Assembly (NCBI GenBank): GCA_009103225.1
Contig: RHPI01002069.1
Location: 397,378 to 461,377 of the forward strand
Direction: 5' to 3'
DNA: 64,000 bases
DNA from: Chlorokybus atmophyticus
Taxonomy: Eukaryota; Plantae; Mesostigma and Chlorokybus algae
Every line of letters starts with the position of its first letter. Within the stretch, counting starts at the first letter, position 1. This document shows, one piece after another, positions 57,200 through 64,000 of the stretch. The notes under the pieces were generated by a model. The model saw nothing but the letters and a program-made list of their open reading frames with translations. It was not told the DNA's origin and did not search any database. Position numbers and translations under genes: made by a program.

Positions 57200-60100
57200 T
57201 TACCCAGGTTCTATTGTAGCTGCTGTGCCGCCACTAATTCTTGGGCTGAACTGCTCTGTGGAATCGCTGGTACCATCAGCTCTCCTGAATGCATGGTGAT
57301 GAACGCCAACTGCAGCAACACTCAATGTCATTGACACCTTTCGCACCCAGATCAGCACACAGATCATGGAGCAAGCACTGTCCACAGGAACCAGGGCGCA
57401 GCAAATGAACACAAAAATACACCTGAGCAACTTGCTGGCAGTACCGTCATCTGCTAAACAAGTGCTCTTTGCCTCTCTGAACCAAAGCCACAGTCAATCG
57501 CAGACAAATGCAAATGCAAAAGACATCATGCATGGCGGACATGCAAGCTACCTGTAACTTCGTGACGTACAGTTGCTACGGCGAGGATTGCAGTTTGTCC
57601 CATGTGACTAGTCATGTAAAGCGAAACGCATGGACTGATCATCGTCGGAGATTTTGCTGGGACCTTGAGAGACCTGACTGCGAGCGGCCTGCACCTCTGC
57701 AACTACATCCGTGCGTCGCATGTCCTCTAGTACACTGGCGCCGGACTGATCACCTGGCAGGGCTGTTTTCATGTCATCAGAAAGTCTGCCAGCATCCAGC
57801 GTTTGTTCTGAAGGCTGGATACTGCTGCTGTTGGCACTGCTGATGGCTTGTTCTGGTATTAGAGACGTGGAGACGTTGGCTGTCAATGAGCTGTTTGACA
57901 GCAAAGCGTCCGGGGGCTGAGCCTGCTTTTTATTCTGTTCGTGAATCTCCAGCTGCTTCGCGATAGCTTCTGCCCGAGCCACCAACTCGGGTTTGGTGTC
58001 CGCAACAGCTGCAGCAACTTTGGCATTTGCAACCAAAGCCGCCACAGCAGCAACCTGCACGCACCAGGTGATACACGTAAGCGCCATGACAAGGCAGTGA
58101 TGGTTCCCATGCACTTAAACCAACATCACTGCCAGGTGAACTTTTCGCCATACTTGTGCTGCTTGCGCGGCGTCCGCTACAGCCTTCACAGCTGCCTTAA
58201 CCGTGAAGTTGACATGGCCCTCGATTGGCACGGCTGCGCTGACCGACTCACGCGGTTCATGCAACGAAGATGAGCCCGTAGGCGCATGGTGGACACTGCC
58301 AGATGACGCCGCAACAGCTTGCTGTTGACTGATCGCACTTGCTGCATCACTCAGCGCAGACTCGAGTTGTTGCTGTTGCTCATCTGTCAATGCCGTCTCT
58401 GCGACATCCTCTACAGCGTCGTTATCAAGATCATCATCGTCTGCAGCAGTTTGGCCTTCCAGCTCCATAATTGCTTGGTGGTGGTGGTGGCGTGTACCCT
58501 CTGCCTTCTCAGCAACGTCCAGTGAGGTCTGCACAGCCAAGTCAATCTCTTCACCAGCGTGCCGCACTTTCTCTTTCTCCACAGCCTTGACTGCTTCCAG
58601 CTCAGAATCATCTGGTTCAACTTGCGATGTCACTCCAGATAGAGCTGTCGGCACTGGAGGTGGTGAGCTGGCATTGCCAGCATTACTTCCAAGCGCCTCC
58701 GCTGTACAAGACAATGATGTCGGAGAAAACCTGGATGCGAGTTCTGAAGATGGTACTGTGAAGCTGTGTGAAGGTCGTGCTTTACCTAAATGTGGTTGCG
58801 GGAGAGGTGAAGGAGGCGGTGGTGACCCTGCGCGCGGACCCTTGGACTCCCGAACCACATCGACAGCAGCGTGGGTGGTTTTGGCAACATGCAGCGTGGC
58901 CGAAGCTGTGTGCACGGCGTCCAAGGCATCATGCGCCTCTTTACTCATGCTTCCCAACTGCTCAGCGACCTACAGCAGTCGCCGAGTTAAGGGCGTTGTA
59001 CAGTTAACAGCAAGTGGAGCAACATAGCATCATCAATGCACAGGAAAAAAGATCAACCTGGTGAAGGCGCTCAATGGTGGCGAGCTTTTCAGCACGGGAG
59101 CTATCTGAGGGCAGCAATGCGCATTAGCCGGAAGATACGGCCGCCAGGGACCAGAGGTATCAACAATCGCGTGCAATGCAACCGCAGCACAGCGTCCATA
59201 CCTGATACAGTTGGATCTCCTTTTTTGAGCCCCCAACTTTTGGCCGTCTCTTCTGCCACGGCCATCAATGATGATGCCATCTCCTTCTCCACTTGTGCCA
59301 GCAACAGCGCAGCCTGATCATGGGATTGCACTGTTGAGGTTACAAAAATGCAGACACACTTACATACAAGCAACGAATGTCCCCACCTGGTGAGCTTGTT
59401 CAAGCTTTTCCGCAGCATCTGAATGCATCTGCTTCCTAGTGGCAAGCGTCTTCGCAAGCGAAACAACCTCTGCTTCCTCCTTGACAGCGCCTAACGTAGC
59501 TGATGTGCACAGCAATCCGGCCAAAATACCAAACACGAGCAGTGCGTACGCAAGCCTCAACATGTCCGGTGACTTGTTGGACATTAAGCCACCAACAGTG
59601 CCCCCCAAGCGGCGATCCCTGCACAAATGCCAATGCGATGAGTGTGATTATGTCATCTGCTTGCCAACTGATGGGTACTTACGGTTGGTGTACTCGCAAG
59701 TAGATCATGGATGGCAAAATGTACGACAGCAACACACTTGCAGTCGCCCCAGATATTGCGAAAGCAAACTCCACGTTTGGAAGCTGTCCATAGATGCAAC
59801 ATTCAGCCATCTGGACAAAAGCAGGGGCTGGGTGCTTTTGCAAAACACATGCTTGCCTGCGATGCGACGAAGAAAACCGCCACCAAGGTCGCTGCAACAA
59901 TGCCAGCATACTGCACACGTGTAGTAGTGCACATGTGAGTCTAACTTGCATCACTAGTACGGCACAATGCCTGGATTGTACTAAAACACGAAGCCTACCT
60001 CATAACCAGAGATGCTGTTTGACCTGTGACCTGGCCGAAACATTGATAGAAGGCTGTCGCAAAGTGGAATGACCACTATAGGCACAGTGCAAACAATTGC

Positions 60101-61643
60101 AGTGCCATACCCCTGCACAAGAGTTTCTGAGCCACACAACCAGAGCTGAGCCAAATCCGCGAGGCTCACGTCATAGAACATGCGTTGTGCGACGCGCACC
60201 AGCTTGATGAGCCCGGTTAAGCCACTTGCGTTGAAGTTGCGCAGCACATCTCCAGCAGTAGCTTCACGAAAAGCGGCGTACCCAAGTGCACCAACTAGGA
60301 CGTAGCAAATGAAGCACAACACCAACGTTCTGCACAAGCAGTGTGTGTTAGTCTCAAGCAGCTCTTAAGCTTTTGAACTGTGATGCGACATGCATTATGC
60401 GATACAAACCTGCTAATGACATAAGACATTCGTGAAACAGAAGGCGCTCTCAGCGTGTTGAATATAGGGTACAGCGCGGGATGCGCACTGAAGGCGAAGC
60501 ATATGACAGGGAAGGAAACAAGCAACCCACTCGAGTGCCAGTACTCCAGTGGCTCAGTGGAGGTTCTAAGCTCAGGCAGAAACGCTCTTGCAGCGATGAG
60601 CACAACAAAGATGAACATGAACACGATGGTAAACACCGAGATCGAGGCCAGCGATTGAGGACTCTGCACACGGAGCAATGCTGCCATCAATCAAGGCACT
60701 GCCATGTGTAGTATAGCACAGCTGTGTGCACCAAGCAACATGAAACTTGACATGCGCAGTGTTACTGACCTTCACAAAACAGCAGAGCGGGAAGAGCACG
60801 CCCAAAACAACAAAAGCCATCCATCCTGTTCGAGACGGCTCTGCGCCAGGTGGGACAACAGTGCCAGCCACGGAAGACAGCACGTCTGCAAGGATGTTTG
60901 CATATGCTACCAAGCAACCAAACTGCAGTGCTATGACGCAGATCTCAACCATGCGCCTTGCCAACTTGCCGTGCGTGTACTCCTGCACCTCGAAGCAAAC
61001 TTCTCAGCCACAAGAACCACATGGAAACCTTTGGTAGCAGCTTCAACAGCAAGCCTCATTCACACACTTACCGCAACGTCTTCATATGTCCGGCAGCCTG
61101 TTCGATGCGCACAGAGCGCCATAAACTTCATGGTGTAGTTGGTGCTCACGCCACATCTGTGGACATCTCACTATCACGGTCGTGCAAGCAAAGAAGTCCA
61201 ATCACAAGCAGCGAGGTCAAAGAGAGAAAGTACTTACATTACCAGCAGCAGCGTTCCACCAATGACACCACATTGCTTGTAACAGAACGGCAATCCCAGC
61301 ATACCAGCACCGATAACCTGTTGAGTGGCCAAAACACCCATTGCAACCAATGCTGAAGAGTCACACACAAACGCACCCTCCTCCCCTCCTTTCAGCTCAG
61401 TCACACTTGTGTGCAGTTGTGACTTACAGCATTCGTGAGGGACATGACGCACTGTCCCACAGTGGCAGAACCGCCAAGAATGGCGTCCGGCGCATTGCTA
61501 GGGCCATCGATGTCCAGCATGCGAGGCGGGGTGTCGTCTGCATTAGAGGAATCAGACAGCTTCTCTCGCAGCTTGATTGTCGCCTTCCCATCAGCCATGG
61601 CTCTGCCGACGACCTGGCGACCGTCCACACTGCTATCACGCAT
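57200..61643 (-). CDS. Amino-acid transporter (Aa_trans, SLC38/AVT family) with probable long low-complexity C-terminal tail; ends approximate
   Basis: VIGAGMLGLPFCYKQCG; LQFGCLVAYANILADV; SFPVICFAFSAHPALYPI; GALGYAAF...GDVLRNF; SGATASVLLSYILP. A further TM exon and acidic/Ala-rich exons continue on the same strand to ~57.2 kb. Confidence 0.8.
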
Positions 61644-62949
61644 GTCTATGCCGCCGCCTCATAGCTGACACGCGTACACACTGCAAAATTTAAAAGCCTG
61701 TCTGTCAACTGATCAAGGGGTACCTCATAGATGATCAACAACCAACGCCGATAGCTAATTTGCCAGTGTGTCCAACCTACAGTCAGCAATCACATCACAG
61801 AGAGGCTACTACTCGAAGTGAGTTGCTTATCGAAAGCCGCAACACCTCTGTGCATGCTGCGTACGAACATACCAAGCAATGCTGCTGTATCCCTTTACTT
61901 GTGCAACCAGTCTCTGACATGCTGATAGAGCTGTGTGGCATGTTTGATATGTGGAGTGCTATTGCATGCATGCTTCAGCCATGCATAAGCTGCGTCGCCA
62001 GCGACAGCCTTCTTCCTGATCTTACTGCTCACCGAGCTTGTTCGTTGAATTCACTGAAAGGTGCTTGTGCAAGTTGCCACCAAGAACGCACAAGGCGTGG
62101 GTTGACAGACGCTCAGCGAATGCTACTCAGCAACTCATCCATGCAGCTGCCACAGCAAGGTGCTGCAATGGGGCATGCCGTGTAGAGACGCCAGCTCGGA
62201 AGCACATTAATGCTCGACTCTACACATACCGCCAACTGCACGGCAGCAGATTGAGCACGCGCTTTTAGGGTTTGTGCTCTTGTGCGCAGGGGCACAAGGC
62301 AGGCACAAGGGTCTGCTGCAAAGTGCTTATGTGTTGGTTGCTTGCGTGTTGCCAGCACGGTGGTGGTGTTCGCTTGCGGTGCAGTGGTTGCTTGGGCGGT
62401 GCTCAGCGTGGCGGGTCGGGGGTGTTGAGCTCCCCTTCTGCTGTGTGAACAAGTGAGCCGAGAATAAGCTATCAAGTTGAGCACTCAGTGAGAGTGAGCT
62501 CACTCTCAGTGAGCGCTGAGAGCTTGACAGACTTCCTGTGGGCTGTGTGGAGTGCTGCTGCTGCTTGCCTTTAAGTGCACGCTGCCTGTCGTGTGTAGTT
62601 TTATATGCATGGTGCGGTATACTGATCGTGCACGTTGTTCAGCAGTTCAAACAGCAGGTGCCACGCTGCCTGTTGCTCCGACTGCAGCAGCATGGCTCGG
62701 CACGCAGTCCTCCTCATCCTGCTGCTATGCACACGTAAGACTCACCTACAAGCAGCATGCAGATTGCCTCGTTTCAAACCTTGTATGTATTATGCTGCAT
62801 GCATAGAAGCTGTTGCTCAGTGGCAGCAGCACAGGCCTTTACAAGCTTCGTGCATCAACCCTTCCGTTTGCTTATCTCAAGCAGATTATCACTAGGCTTT
62901 GTCGTTGTTGATGATGTCTTGTTCCTTCCTGTATACAGTTGGGATTGCG

Positions 62950-64000
62950 GCGCATGGCCGGAGCTTACCGCAACCTGCCAAGTCAACGTCTGGCCGGCTG
63001 GTAGAGGAGGTCATCCCTCTGCAAGTGGCGGGGGGCCATGCCCTTGAGGGCAATGCCGCCAGCAGCGAAGCTCAACAGTACTCCGGGTATTAATGCCTTG
63101 CACGAGTGATTCATGTGCAGTGGTAGTTAGCATATTGAGAGCACAGCATAGAAAAGCACAGCGCAGCGCGCATTGTTGATCGGTGTGCTCCTGGAAGGTA
63201 TTTCAAGCTGGATAGGACGCACGACGCCCGCATGTTTTACTTCTTCTTTGAATCGCGCGGTAACAAGGACAAGGTATGTTTTGCAGTGGTAGCTAGTGCG
63301 ATGCTTACCTGAGGAGCCTGCTACTCCATTGAGCTGCAATGATTGGCCGCTCTTTTGCACAGGACCCGCTTGTATTGTGGATGACTGGGGGTCCGGGTTG
63401 CAGTTCAGAAATTGCTGTCTTTTATGAGAATGGTCCCTGGACGATCAATGAAGACATGACATTGAATTTTACCAAGTGAGTGCAGCCCGAACTTGATGCG
63501 ACATTGCTGCAAAATGCACTGATCAGAGTGGGCACCACCCATGGTAGTCGTTGTCAGATGGCATGCATCTGATATCTGGACATGTACAGGTATGGCTGGG
63601 ACACTGCAGCCAACATGATCTTCGTGGACCAGCCCATCAACACAGGGTTTTCGTACAGCCTTGATCCGCGAGATGTTGTCCACAATGAGAAGGGAGTAGG
63701 TATGTGCCCACTTTGTAAGCTGTTCTCATGGAGCTCATGTCCCGCGGACTGCTTCTCATGACCTGAACTATGGTAATTTCCATTGACTGTTCAGCGGAAG
63801 ACATGTATGACTTTCTGCAAGAGTTCTTAGCCGTACATCCGTCGCTGGCGGGCCGCGACTTCTTCATTACTGGTGAAAGCTATGCTGGCCACTACGTTCC
63901 TGCAGTAGCATACCGGTACGCCTTTCAATGTGTATGGTTGCTCTGGTTCGCACATGCCTTTTAGTGGATCCACATTGCATCACTCGGTCAGGGTATGGAA
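62950..64000 (+). CDS. Serine carboxypeptidase S10 (SCPL48/49-like), 5' part; runs off the window, start uncertain
   Basis: [21 protein letters not shown]; [16 protein letters not shown]; [12 protein letters not shown]; [15 protein letters not shown] (catalytic Ser). Confidence 0.93.

Overview
Eukaryotic, intron-rich, roughly 52% GC nuclear DNA of a green-plant lineage. The host gene set and TE content suggest a streptophyte alga, but this is inference. About half the window is nested transposons. (1) 216-19566 is a degenerate pogo/Fot1-like DDE transposase. Its intron holds a ~0.5-kb TRIM (TSD CCGTT), and the TRIM's 3' LTR is split by a 17-kb CACTA/CMC DNA transposon (934-17918; 24-bp imperfect TIRs; subterminal ACCATGCATGGT palindromes). 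Besides its transposase, this CACTA carries a large spliced cargo gene with a SET domain, a long coiled coil and a C-terminal KEN/HEPN-like (IRE1/RNase L-type, RxxxxH) domain. It also carries orphan ORFs and is densely sprinkled with the motif RRCTGTCAA. (2) 38.5-50.8 kb is a Ty3/Gypsy element on the minus strand: gag, protease, a DNMT3-like cytosine methyltransferase, RT/RNase H, integrase and a PHD finger. It has a Tf1-type self-priming PBS, a rearranged tandem 3' end, and a second TRIM copy inserted before the PHD. Host genes: MPP-beta, plastid RNase E, a ZCCHC10-like zinc knuckle protein, LSD1, ARC6, an SLC38/AVT amino-acid transporter and a serine carboxypeptidase (partial). The best candidate for an undescribed system is the SET + KEN-like-RNase CACTA with its element-wide motif. 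DNMT-carrying retrotransposons already have published precedent in charophytes. All domain calls are by eye, without HMM searches.
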